Of a DNA stretch of 53,531 bases, positions 27,730 to 36,531 are shown piece after piece. The position numbers and the translations under genes are program-made. The notes beneath the pieces were generated by a model that made no database searches, had not been told where the DNA came from, and saw nothing but the letters and a program-made list of their open reading frames with translations. Position 1 is the stretch's first letter; each line of letters begins with the position of its first letter. The DNA comes from a virus (Duplodnaviria > Caudoviricetes). Where the stretch lies: the IMG/VR virus record IMGVR_UViG_3300020045_008912, positions 1-53,531 of that record. The stretch is one strand, 5' to 3'.

Positions 27730-28068
27730 ATGGTAATGAACTATAATTTGGAGCCCGGGCACATTAACAACACATACGGAAAGGTTAATTTTGACCTTAA
27801 CCCTGTTGCCGCGAATGATTTAACCGGAGCGGAAATATTAATGCAATTAAGACACACGGCAAATGGTGCGATAATTAAAGAGTACACGCATTTGGATGGT
27901 GTAACAATTGAACCTCCTTACCGCTTTATTTTGGATGAGCAAATCCTAGATTTCTGCCCAGCGGGTACATACTTATTTGATTTTTTTATTAAATTCACAT
28001 CAACCCCTTTGCGGCTCACAGTAGTAGGCGGACAATGGGAAATAGGTGAGGTAATATCTAAGAAATAA
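27730..28068 (+). CDS. BppU-N-like small structural protein
   Basis: DLTGAEILMQLR...AGTYLFD...G pattern typical of baseplate-upper-like beta domains. Confidence 0.6.
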   Translation: MVMNYNLEPGHINNTYGKVNFDLNPVAANDLTGAEILMQLRHTANGAIIKEYTHLDGVTIEPPYRFILDEQILDFCPAGTYLFDFFIKFTSTPLRLTVVGGQWEIGEVISKK

Positions 28069-28199
28069 TGGAACAAACTATTGAGATCACAATAACTCCC
28101 ATAATACAAACGGTTACAGTGACCGTTTCCAGTGGGATTCCAGGCCCTCCTGGGGTAGTAGATTATAATATGGTAATTGCTTATTCGGTCGCATTATGA
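28068..28199 (+). CDS. 43-aa protein with a short collagen-like GIPGPPG segment
   Basis: Hand translation MEQTIEITITPIIQTVTVTVSSGIPGPPGVVDYNMVIAYSVAL; TAATG overlap upstream and ATGA overlap downstream. Confidence 0.7.
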   Translation: MEQTIEITITPIIQTVTVTVSSGIPGPPGVVDYNMVIAYSVAL

Positions 28200-30172
28200 A
28201 AACAAAAATAGAAAATTACAGTTTTAATAAAACTGCAAAAACGGTAACGTTTACAGATTTCCCAGTAATTAACCTAAATAGTGTTTTACTGATTACAAAC
28301 GTAACCAGAAACATTATCCTTTATAATTTTGCCGATCCTACTAAAGGCGGCAGTGTGGTAAATAATGTTTTAACTCTTTTATGGGATACTACAGAAATGG
28401 AAGATTTGGATAACCTACAAATCTTTTATGAATTAAACATTATAGAGATCAATCCACATACGGGAAAACCGGAGGTTATGATTGCTGCCACAGGTCATGT
28501 TTGCTCTCATAATTCCACTACTGTTTTACTGGGGGTAAATGGTGTATTTAATGGAGATTGGCAGGATGCTTTAAATTATTCGGAAGTAACTGTAACAATT
28601 TACACAAATAGGAACTCAGTAACGGATGGGCTAAAAGTTTGGTGGAGTATGGATGGAATCACTGCCGATCCTGATCCAGACGTTTACACAATTACGGCGG
28701 GAGTTAGTAAAACATTTACTTTCCCTAGAAATAGGCGCTATGTAAAAGTGACTTACCAAAATGATGGTATTGCACAAAATATAATGATGTTATCCACTAT
28801 ATTAAATCCCTATGCCTCAAAAGCTAGTTCACACAGATTATTGGATAATTTAGATAAGGAGGACGATGCACAGGTGACAAAATCAATGATTGCAGGATTT
28901 AGCACGGCTCAAGGTGGTAATATTGTTAATGTAAAAGTAAACCCTAGTGGAGCACTTACTGCGGAAGTATCAGGAACAGTTGGTATAAGTGGAACAGTAA
29001 CAACCTCCAGAGCTGACAACATGTATAATGATGCCTTTCAAAGGCTTAGGATTAGTAATACTGACCAAAGATTTGATGCGGAATTTATCTATGATTTGCA
29101 GCCTCTTATTTTTGATAACATAAGCGAAGGAGCTGGAAGTGTTGCCCACCGTCCTAATTCGAGAGACGTTTTATTGGCAGCCAATAACGTACTTGTTGGC
29201 AATTCAGGAGGCTTGCGTCAAAATTGGCATAACCCATACACTCCTGGAAACTCTCAATTCATTGCAATTACGGGAGTAATTAATCAGGCTAATTTAGCAG
29301 GAACGGTAAATGTGTTCCTACGTAGCTCAGTAACAGGAGCCGTGGTAGTGCAACAAATTCCAATAAATGCGGCGGTGGCTTGGCAAAACTCACAAATTTT
29401 ATTAATGGATTTTCAATCATTAAAAGTTGGTAAAATTAGATTTGCATTGGATAGAGGAGGTTTAGCGGAAGTAATTGCCGTACTCACAAATGACAACATA
29501 AGAGCAATGGGATATTGGCAAAGTGCAAACCTTCCTATTTATTGGAGAGTGTATAATACAGCGCAAAATACAATTACCGAAATGGGGTATGGTGACGAAG
29601 CAAATGGGATAGGTATTCAGTTTGTTTCAGCATTAAACGCAACCCAGAAAATGGTGGCTATTTGTGCAACTGTAAAAAGTGAAGGAGGGGGAACTTTAGA
29701 ACAAATGGCAGGTATTCCTTTTACTGCTGGAAATGCTGCTTTACAAAAAACAGTATCATCCACATTAATTCCTTTATTTTCCATTCGTGTAAAAACACTG
29801 TTTAATGGAGTAATTAATAGAGGGCTAGTTTTACCTAGTGTGCTGGAATTTTTAAATGATAATCCAATTTATTGGGAAATACGAGTAAACCCGGCATTAA
29901 CTGGAGCGGCTTTTGCAAGTGTTTCAGCAAATAGTATTACTGAGATAGATATTGCAGCAACTACAGTGGTGGGAGGGCATGTGATTGCGTCAGGTTATGC
30001 AGGAGCAGGAGGAAGCAAAGCGGGAGCCTCCACAAAGTCTCTTACTGATAAAATTCCTTTATCTTTGAATGCACTTGGGACGGTTGGTGATATTTTAACC
30101 GTTTGCGCTATAAGAGTAGGCACTGTTAATGCAACCTCTGGGGGTATTATAAATTTAAAAGAAATCAGATAA
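28196..30172 (+). CDS. Large beta-rich virion protein (putative fibre/lectin-like)
   Basis: 658 aa, Gly/Asn/Thr/Val-rich, modular (LLITNVT.N..LYNFADP N-terminus; DAFQRLRIS internal motif). Confidence 0.6.
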   Translation: MKTKIENYSFNKTAKTVTFTDFPVINLNSVLLITNVTRNIILYNFADPTKGGSVVNNVLTLLWDTTEMEDLDNLQIFYELNIIEINPHTGKPEVMIAATGHVCSHNSTTVLLGVNGVFNGDWQDALNYSEVTVTIYTNRNSVTDGLKVWWSMDGITADPDPDVYTITAGVSKTFTFPRNRRYVKVTYQNDGIAQNIMMLSTILNPYASKASSHRLLDNLDKEDDAQVTKSMIAGFSTAQGGNIVNVKVNPSGALTAEVSGTVGISGTVTTSRADNMYNDAFQRLRISNTDQRFDAEFIYDLQPLIFDNISEGAGSVAHRPNSRDVLLAANNVLVGNSGGLRQNWHNPYTPGNSQFIAITGVINQANLAGTVNVFLRSSVTGAVVVQQIPINAAVAWQNSQILLMDFQSLKVGKIRFALDRGGLAEVIAVLTNDNIRAMGYWQSANLPIYWRVYNTAQNTITEMGYGDEANGIGIQFVSALNATQKMVAICATVKSEGGGTLEQMAGIPFTAGNAALQKTVSSTLIPLFSIRVKTLFNGVINRGLVLPSVLEFLNDNPIYWEIRVNPALTGAAFASVSANSITEIDIAATTVVGGHVIASGYAGAGGSKAGASTKSLTDKIPLSLNALGTVGDILTVCAIRVGTVNATSGGIINLKEIR

Positions 30173-30183
30173 AAGTAAAAATT

Positions 30184-30594
30184 ATGATTAAACTAGTATT
30201 GAATAGAAAGCTGGAAAATGATTTCCACACACTAGGAACAATGGATGTATATAAGGATGGTATCTTTGTATTAAGTTTGTGTACTTTAGAGCTTCCTTGG
30301 GTTAATAACACTAAAAGCAAAAGCAGTGTTTTCCCTGGTGATTATGTGGTGATCCCTAATAATTCAATGAAACACCCTAATACTTTTTTGGTAGTAGGCA
30401 CAACAGATAGGACAGGTATTTTGATTCATATAGTTAACTATGTGAAAGACTTGGAAGGGTGTATTGGTGTGGGCTTGGCTCATAGTGATATGGACAAGGA
30501 TGGAAAACGGGATTTAAAATATTCCACCGAAGCTTTGGACATGTTGCGAGAGGTCGTAAAAGGACAAACTGCAATTTTATTAACAATTAAATAA
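30184..30594 (+). CDS. DUF5675-like putative endolysin (His/Cys peptidase)
   Basis: TLG...CTLELPW.NN....S..PG.Y...RTGILIH..N...DLEGCIGVG; at the end of the late operon. Confidence 0.75.
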   Translation: MIKLVLNRKLENDFHTLGTMDVYKDGIFVLSLCTLELPWVNNTKSKSSVFPGDYVVIPNNSMKHPNTFLVVGTTDRTGILIHIVNYVKDLEGCIGVGLAHSDMDKDGKRDLKYSTEALDMLREVVKGQTAILLTIK

Positions 30595-30605
30595 ATTTTT
30601 AGATT

Positions 30606-30854
30606 ATGAGATGGATAAAAATGATTCCAATTCATATTTTAGTAAAGTATTTGCCTGAGATATTGGCGTACATACTCACTAAAGTATTAGGTTATTTATT
30701 AACTAAACAGCCTACAAAAGCTGAAAAGATTTTGGAAACTGTTAAGGACTTGACGCATGCAATGGCAGAGGCGGCAGAGTTTGCAAAGGATGGTATTATT
30801 ACTAAGGAGGAAATTGCAGCGCAAAAAGCAAGCTGGGCGGAAGTTTTTAGGTAA
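30606..30854 (+). CDS. Putative holin / small membrane-associated lysis protein
   Basis: Hydrophobic N-terminus, adjacent to the putative endolysin. Confidence 0.45.
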   Translation: MRWIKMIPIHILVKYLPEILAYILTKVLGYLLTKQPTKAEKILETVKDLTHAMAEAAEFAKDGIITKEEIAAQKASWAEVFR

Positions 30855-30871
30855 TAGTAAATAATTGAAAT

Positions 30872-30908
30872 AAAAAAGAGGACTGTTTTTAAATAGCCCT
30901 CTTTTTTT
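30872..30908. terminator. Bidirectional intrinsic terminator between the convergent genome arms
   Basis: AAAAAAGAGG-ACTGTTT...AAATAGC-CCTCTTTTTTT with an A-run before and a T-run after. Confidence 0.85.
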
Positions 30909-30909
30909 A

Positions 30910-31518
30910 TTATTGCACTGATACACGGGAAATTCCTTTCCTATTTTTTACTTCAAAAATTCTATCCGCGTAAACTGCCAAAATAGGTTCATGCGTAATT
31001 ATTATGAACTGGATCCCTAATTTTTGACTAACCTCCTTAATCATTTGTGAGGCCTGCTCTCTTAATCCCTCACTAACAAACCGCATTGGCTCGTCCAATA
31101 TAATAACATTCCTACTATGTGGACGCTCGAGGCTCCAGCTTGCAATCCGTAAAGCAAAAGCCGCGATGTCTACAGCCCCGCCACCACTTGCGGAAAGTGG
31201 GTCAACTTTGTTTCCATCCCTAGAAAAATAGATATCGCATTCCGTTTTATTTCTACGTTGTACAAATTCAACTTCCAGTTTATACGGGTTAGGAAATACA
31301 GCCTCCAGAGCCAAGCTCGTAATGTCAGAAATATGGTATTGGAGTTGCTGTTGCGTTTTTATTCCAACCTCTCTTATGACTTCCTTTGCCTGCTCAGTAT
31401 CCAAAAGCTTTACCGTATTACTTTCCTTTTGTTCTGTGGCTTTCGTAATATCCATTTTAATTTGTGAATGGCTGCCTTTTAGCTTTTCCAACCTACTCCT
31501 TATCTCTTTTGTAGTCAT
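30910..31518 (-). CDS. Rad50/SbcC-like ATPase, C-terminal half
   Basis: ABC signature-like ASGGG, Walker B IILDEP, H-loop IIITH. Confidence 0.88.
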   Translation of the reverse strand: MTTKEIRSRLEKLKGSHSQIKMDITKATEQKESNTVKLLDTEQAKEVIREVGIKTQQQLQYHISDITSLALEAVFPNPYKLEVEFVQRRNKTECDIYFSRDGNKVDPLSASGGGAVDIAAFALRIASWSLERPHSRNVIILDEPMRFVSEGLREQASQMIKEVSQKLGIQFIIITHEPILAVYADRIFEVKNRKGISRVSVQ

Positions 31519-31696
31519 AATAGTCCGCGATTAAACAAAATAAACCTACAATTAATGCAAACAAGTACAAAAAGGGAAAAGCGAATGTAAACAAAAGCTT
31601 TTTAAAGGAACTAGCTTCATACCATTTTAATTCCTCCTCATAATACCCCAAAACAGCGGAAGTAATTAAATAAAAAAATAATGTAAATTTGTTCAT
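31493..31696 (-). CDS. Small membrane protein
   Basis: Two hydrophobic segments in 67 aa; packed in the operon. Confidence 0.55.
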   Translation of the reverse strand: MNKFTLFFYLITSAVLGYYEEELKWYEASSFKKLLFTFAFPFLYLFALIVGLFCLIADYYDYKRDKE

Positions 31697-31697
31697 T

Positions 31698-31946
31698 TTA
31701 TACCTCCTCTTTTAAATACGTTTCCTCTAGTTCGGTCGTAGCTTCCTCAATTTTTGTGGTAAGTTCTTCCGCTTCCTTTTCAAATTCTTTCAATTTCTTT
31801 TTGGCCTCTATAAGTGTTGCGCACTGCCAATTTTCCTTCAACTGTTTCAACAAAGCCTTTTCCTCACCTTTTAGCTCAGATAATTCCATTTTTGCTGTCT
31901 CAATCTCTTTTTTCTTTTTTAGTAACTGTTGTTCCGTTAGTGCCAT
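31698..31946 (-). CDS. Coiled-coil protein (possible third piece of split Rad50)
   Basis: 82 aa of E/K heptads between the SbcD and SbcC-C genes. Confidence 0.65.
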   Translation of the reverse strand: MALTEQQLLKKKKEIETAKMELSELKGEEKALLKQLKENWQCATLIEAKKKLKEFEKEAEELTTKIEEATTELEETYLKEEV

Positions 31947-31951
31947 AATTT

Positions 31952-32140
31952 CTACTTTTTTTGGGTTTCTAAATCTTTTCTCAATTCCTCTCTATCCAAA
32001 GGATTAGCATTTGCCAATAACCGAGCATTACTCCAAGTTTTTGCCAGCTCTTTTAAGGAGCTATTGTGTGCAATTACGTTATTAATTAACCTAGTCCTTT
32101 CTGGGCTGTCTTTCATGGGTTTGAATTTAGTTCTTTTCAT
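31952..32140 (-). CDS. Hypothetical protein (62 aa, MKRTKFKP...)
   Basis: Start reassigned to ATG 32140, which overlaps the SbcD stop by 14 nt. Confidence 0.6.
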   Translation of the reverse strand: MKRTKFKPMKDSPERTRLINNVIAHNSSLKELAKTWSNARLLANANPLDREELRKDLETQKK

Positions 32141-33032
32141 GTTCAATGGCTTTATATACAATGTCCATAACCGATGGTTTAATTTTATTACTGTCCTTAA
32201 ACCTTTCAATATTTTCCTCAAATGACATTTCCGCCTCCCAATCCTCATTAATTGTGGAAATAAAAGCGTCTATTCTACTATCCCTTTCCTCCTTTATTTC
32301 TAAGTGTTCCCTAGAAATAACATCCTCCTGTATTGGTAAATAAATTGGGGTTACTGTGTTTGTTTCAGCATACCATAAATAAACTCTAGGCTTATGTTTT
32401 TGCTGAATAGCAGTGGTCCTAAATATACTGCCCGGGTTTACAAGTAATCGGCCCTCATACTCTTCCACAAATGGTTTGTGATTGTCTCCCGTTAATATCA
32501 AATCAAATTGAGGGTATTGTCTCAGTAATTTTGCGCCTTTAGGAGCTTCACAACCCGGGAAAGGAATTTCACCTTGATAGGTCATTATATGCCAAACTAA
32601 AACGTTTCTTTCTACAGTTTCAGAGACCTTACCCTGCCAACTAGGCTTATAAGGAGTTTCCAACCAATGACATGTTTGAAACACTTGCAAAAATCCAGCT
32701 TTCTCCAAAACGTAAATACCTGATTTGTTTGCCAACTCAATATTATGTTGCGGCAAATCGTGGTTCCCATACACAGTGCAAAAGCGGTTGGGTAAATGTT
32801 CAATTGTTTTTGCGAGTAAGTAAGGAGACGGTTTCCAAAAATCAAACAAGTCTCCAGAATGAAACACGGGACAATTATGTTTCCTTTGTAACTCACTAAT
32901 AAAATCCAGTTTATCCCATTGCGTTTCAGTTAAATTGTCCTTTCTACACACAGGATTTGTTTCCATTAAATGCCAATCCGCAGTGAGTATGGCTGTGGCT
33001 TTTTTGCTTTCTGTTTTTTTAGTTCTTTCCAT
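32127..33032 (-). CDS. Mre11/SbcD-like metallophosphoesterase nuclease
   Basis: ADWH, SGDLFD, YGNHD, WH, TGDNH, NPGS motifs. Confidence 0.92.
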   Translation of the reverse strand: MERTKKTESKKATAILTADWHLMETNPVCRKDNLTETQWDKLDFISELQRKHNCPVFHSGDLFDFWKPSPYLLAKTIEHLPNRFCTVYGNHDLPQHNIELANKSGIYVLEKAGFLQVFQTCHWLETPYKPSWQGKVSETVERNVLVWHIMTYQGEIPFPGCEAPKGAKLLRQYPQFDLILTGDNHKPFVEEYEGRLLVNPGSIFRTTAIQQKHKPRVYLWYAETNTVTPIYLPIQEDVISREHLEIKEERDSRIDAFISTINEDWEAEMSFEENIERFKDSNKIKPSVMDIVYKAIEHEKN

Positions 33033-34080
33033 GTGTGTGCTTTATTTCGGTTTCACAAAGTGGACAAACGTCCGGGAAATTCTCTTTAAACTCAATTTCT
33101 AAATCCGAAACCAATTTTAACGTGGTTTTTTGGCTGGATAGATTGTTTTCAATAGAAATAGTAAGCCTCCGTATTTCCTTTGAAAATTTAACCGTTTCCT
33201 CATGTTCTACGTACATATTTAGGCATTTATTCAAGTCGGATTCAATTTCAAGTACCTTTTCCGCCTTTTCAATACTAGTTTGTTTATTGAAAATGGTGAT
33301 GGATAATTTTTTAAGGGTTAGGAATTTATCGGTTAACACATTCTTTTTTTCATACAAAGCAAGCGTTTCCACAATTTTTTCCTCGATTGAAATAGTACTT
33401 TCGTACCTAATTTTTAAACTCTCTATTCTTTCCAGCCTGCTTATAGTATAAATCAAATTGGCTTTTGTTTCTTGTAAGGCTTTTAAAAATGTTTCCCATT
33501 TCTCAATTCTCACTAACTTTCTTTCAAAAGCAGCTAAATCCACAAAACTTTTCAATTCTGTTTCCTTACTATCAATGATAGATTGGGATGTGTTAATTGA
33601 TTGCTTTAGTTTGGTGATTTCCGAATTTACGAATGAAGTGGCGCGGTCTATTTTGTCCAATTTAGCCATTTTATTAAAATGACTAGCTACGGCTCCCGCT
33701 GTGTCACTGAGTAGAAAAGGGCTGTCCAATTGTTGCTGCAAATTAACCTCTGACATGTTTAAGGCATTTTGAATTTCAACAGGAACATCCTGTCCAAATG
33801 CTTTAAACTCTAAAGAATCCAATTTATAACTGTTTTCCTTACTTGTTTTAGCTCTTACAATTGTATTGGTAGGCGTAGCCATACAAACGATGGTATCCCC
33901 TCCCCAATTACTTCGGAAATCATCACCGCCTGGTTTATTTGTAGTAACCCATTTTAAAGCTCGAATAATAGCGGTTTTCCCGCTATCACTTTGACCTATT
34001 ATTACATTCATGCCTTTGTCAAATTCGAGAATAGAATTTTTATGGCTTTGAAAGTTTTCCAGTGTTAATTTTTCAATCAT
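33019..34080 (-). CDS. Rad50/SbcC-like ATPase, N-terminal half with zinc hook
   Basis: LENFQSH, GQSDSGKTAIIRA Walker A, Q-loop region QQQLDSPFLL, coiled coil, terminal CPLC. Confidence 0.9.
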   Translation of the reverse strand: MIEKLTLENFQSHKNSILEFDKGMNVIIGQSDSGKTAIIRALKWVTTNKPGGDDFRSNWGGDTIVCMATPTNTIVRAKTSKENSYKLDSLEFKAFGQDVPVEIQNALNMSEVNLQQQLDSPFLLSDTAGAVASHFNKMAKLDKIDRATSFVNSEITKLKQSINTSQSIIDSKETELKSFVDLAAFERKLVRIEKWETFLKALQETKANLIYTISRLERIESLKIRYESTISIEEKIVETLALYEKKNVLTDKFLTLKKLSITIFNKQTSIEKAEKVLEIESDLNKCLNMYVEHEETVKFSKEIRRLTISIENNLSSQKTTLKLVSDLEIEFKENFPDVCPLCETEIKHTHGKN

Positions 34081-34258
34081 TTTTTACCTCCTTTTCTAAA
34101 ACGTCCCTATTATCCTCAATATACTGTTTTAAGGCTCCGTAACATTTTCCATTATCCAGTAAATAAAGCAAGTAAGAGGCTGGGACATTTGCAAGTTTTT
34201 CACCTTTATGTTTTCCAAAAGGCATTATTGTTCTATCTGATATAGTTACCATAATCAC
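34073..34258 (-). CDS. DUF3820-like small protein
   Basis: MPFGKHKGEKLANVPASYLLYL motif. Confidence 0.8.
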   Translation of the reverse strand: MIMVTISDRTIMPFGKHKGEKLANVPASYLLYLLDNGKCYGALKQYIEDNRDVLEKEVKND

Positions 34259-34270
34259 ACTTTTTAAAAG

Positions 34271-34819
34271 TTACTTAATTCCCATGGCTTTAAAAATAGC
34301 CGAGTTTTTACGGGCTACGTAATGCACTGCTAAACTATCCGCAATTGCCTCATCCTTATAAGCAGCGCCTTTCCAATCCACCTCATATAAAGTGGACATT
34401 CGGTCAATCATTTCCTTTTTAGTAGCAGAGGATTTCCCAAGGGCACAGCGTTTGCAATCGCCTTCATTGTACCATTCCAAACCTATGTTGGTAAAATCGG
34501 AAATAGTTTGAATAATTCCCAACATAATTCCCATCATTGTTGCGGATACAGCGGATTGGCTTCCGTGCGGTTGTTCTGAAACAATATAAGCCACTTTGAA
34601 TTTTTTTATTACCTCGTGTAATGTTAGGTTTATCTCAGTGATTCGGCGGCAACGGTCGTCTCCTTTTCGTATTCTTAGCTTTTTATTGCTGGGCTCTGTT
34701 TTGATGCAACCACAAGCAATCACTTCCGTACCTCGTACAACACTCCAACCAAATGCAGTGCTGGAAGGGTCTAAACATAGAACATTAAACCCTTCCTTAT
34801 TTTTATTTGTCCTCTCCAT
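34271..34819 (-). CDS. ruvC: RuvC-like Holliday junction resolvase
   Basis: LCLDPSSTAFGWSVV, IVSEQ, GKSSATKKEM, DEAIADSLAV. Confidence 0.85.
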   Translation of the reverse strand: MERTNKNKEGFNVLCLDPSSTAFGWSVVRGTEVIACGCIKTEPSNKKLRIRKGDDRCRRITEINLTLHEVIKKFKVAYIVSEQPHGSQSAVSATMMGIMLGIIQTISDFTNIGLEWYNEGDCKRCALGKSSATKKEMIDRMSTLYEVDWKGAAYKDEAIADSLAVHYVARKNSAIFKAMGIK

Positions 34820-35126
34820 TTTGTTTCGCTTTATGTGATTTAATCAAATTAACAAAATCAGTGATTCTCAAAGGCACTACATGCTGGGGGTTGTTATTCC
34901 AAACCATTACGTATTCAATCCACTTTTTGTTGAGCCTTTTAAATTCTATTTCCCTTTTTGGAATATCCGTATTAAGATTCTCAAAAGATAGGTAGGAATT
35001 TGCTAAATTTAGTAAATGTTCCTTAAATATCGTTTCCTCTCTTTTTTGCTTTCTGATACTTGTAAAGGTTGGGTTATTGTCAGTAAAAGAGATACTGGCA
35101 TTTAGTTTAATAATTTTCTTTTCCAT
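34803..35126 (-). CDS. Hypothetical protein
   Basis: 107-aa ORF packed between recA and ruvC. Confidence 0.6.
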   Translation of the reverse strand: MEKKIIKLNASISFTDNNPTFTSIRKQKREETIFKEHLLNLANSYLSFENLNTDIPKREIEFKRLNKKWIEYVMVWNNNPQHVVPLRITDFVNLIKSHKAKQNGEDK

Positions 35127-35129
35127 AGC

Positions 35130-36182
35130 CTAATCCCTTTCTTTCTTTTGTCTCGAAATTTCAAATTTTTTCTCAATACTTTCCCATAAGTCAATTACCT
35201 CCTCCTTCAGCTCTTTTTGTAGCCTTGCATTTTCCACCTCTGCAATAGCGTCCTCCATTGAAACTCCCACGTTTTGGCCACCTACTGTAAATGTTGTATT
35301 TTTAGTGAAATCCTTAATATACTGTAGGTTGGCTCTAATGTCGTCTATCCCATAGTTGTCCATAATATAGAGAGCCGCAGTACGGTAGGGGAAATCACAG
35401 CTATTTTTGTACACCTCTACTTTAGTTACAATCCCAATACTTTTTTTAACTTTTTTGCCAGCAATAGTAACCTCCTTAAACACTTTCTCAGGCTTATGGA
35501 AACGTAATCGTACGGAAGCATAAAAGGCAATAGCTTTCCCTCCTGGTACTGTGAACTGTTCCCCGTATGCTGAGGCGCCCGCATTAACTCTTATTTGATT
35601 ACTGCATGCCATAATGTAGTTGTTCTGTTTAAGGATGCGGCAAGCTTTGCGAAGCCCTTCGGAAAACTCTTTAGCCCTTCGCATTCCCATTTTGTCGCCA
35701 TCCTCATTATCCATTTCCATAGAAGTACTGAGCGCGGCAAGGCTGTCAGTCATAATCCCATGTATGGGTGCTTTTGTACGAGGTTTCCAATTTCGCATTG
35801 CTGCAAACATATCGGTTACCGTGTCAGGTTCCTCAATAGTTAAGTTATCCATATCCAAATCGTGTATTCGTGCGAATACTTTATTAAGGCGAGCCTCTGG
35901 ATCATTAAACTGAACATCCCCACCTACTCTCTGAATAGCGCCACCCAATTCACATAGTAACACAGTTTTTCCGCTACCTTCGGGACCGAATGCTTCCAGC
36001 AAAATACCGCCTTGCACACCACCTCCTCTTTTTATTTTCCCGCTAATCGCTAAATCCAAAAGAGTGCTTCCAGTGCTTACAGTTAGTTTATTACTTTCCT
36101 TATAAACCATCTCAGTACTTGAAACTCTTTTGGAATTTGCTTTCATTTGTGAGGCCAAAGATTTTTTCTTAGTCCGTTCCAT
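35130..36182 (-). CDS. recA: RecA/UvsX-like recombinase
   Basis: STGSTLLDLA, GPEGSGKT, DSLAAL, NQIR, PGGKAIAFYASVRL. Confidence 0.93.
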   Translation of the reverse strand: MERTKKKSLASQMKANSKRVSSTEMVYKESNKLTVSTGSTLLDLAISGKIKRGGGVQGGILLEAFGPEGSGKTVLLCELGGAIQRVGGDVQFNDPEARLNKVFARIHDLDMDNLTIEEPDTVTDMFAAMRNWKPRTKAPIHGIMTDSLAALSTSMEMDNEDGDKMGMRRAKEFSEGLRKACRILKQNNYIMACSNQIRVNAGASAYGEQFTVPGGKAIAFYASVRLRFHKPEKVFKEVTIAGKKVKKSIGIVTKVEVYKNSCDFPYRTAALYIMDNYGIDDIRANLQYIKDFTKNTTFTVGGQNVGVSMEDAIAEVENARLQKELKEEVIDLWESIEKKFEISRQKKERD

Positions 36183-36528
36183 TTACTACGCCGATTAAAA
36201 TTAAATCAATAACTCTTTGCTCCACTCCCTTTTTGTTAAGTTCCAATTGTACCTTTTCCAAAAACACTGTTTTACTGTTTGGTGAATTTGTAGGTTTGTA
36301 GCTCTTGGCAATATCGTTAATGATTAACGTAATTAAAGATTCCTCTGGTGTATCTTTAATTTGCTCTTTTTTCCATACTTCCAGGCTATTTAATAAAATA
36401 GTGGATTTTGGTGTCTCTTTTACTAAAGAGTACAAAGTCAAGTAGGAATTAAGTAACAGGGGCAAATGAGCCCCCGTAAACTTACTATCCTTGTTTCCTT
36501 CTTGTTTTTTCCTGCTGAACATTGTCAT
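36169..36528 (-). CDS. Putative ribbon-helix-helix DNA-binding protein
   Basis: KFTGAHLP strand followed by two helices (LNSYLTLYSLVKETPKSTILLNSLEVW). Confidence 0.45.
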   Translation of the reverse strand: MTMFSRKKQEGNKDSKFTGAHLPLLLNSYLTLYSLVKETPKSTILLNSLEVWKKEQIKDTPEESLITLIINDIAKSYKPTNSPNSKTVFLEKVQLELNKKGVEQRVIDLILIGVVNGTD

Positions 36529-36531
36529 TTT

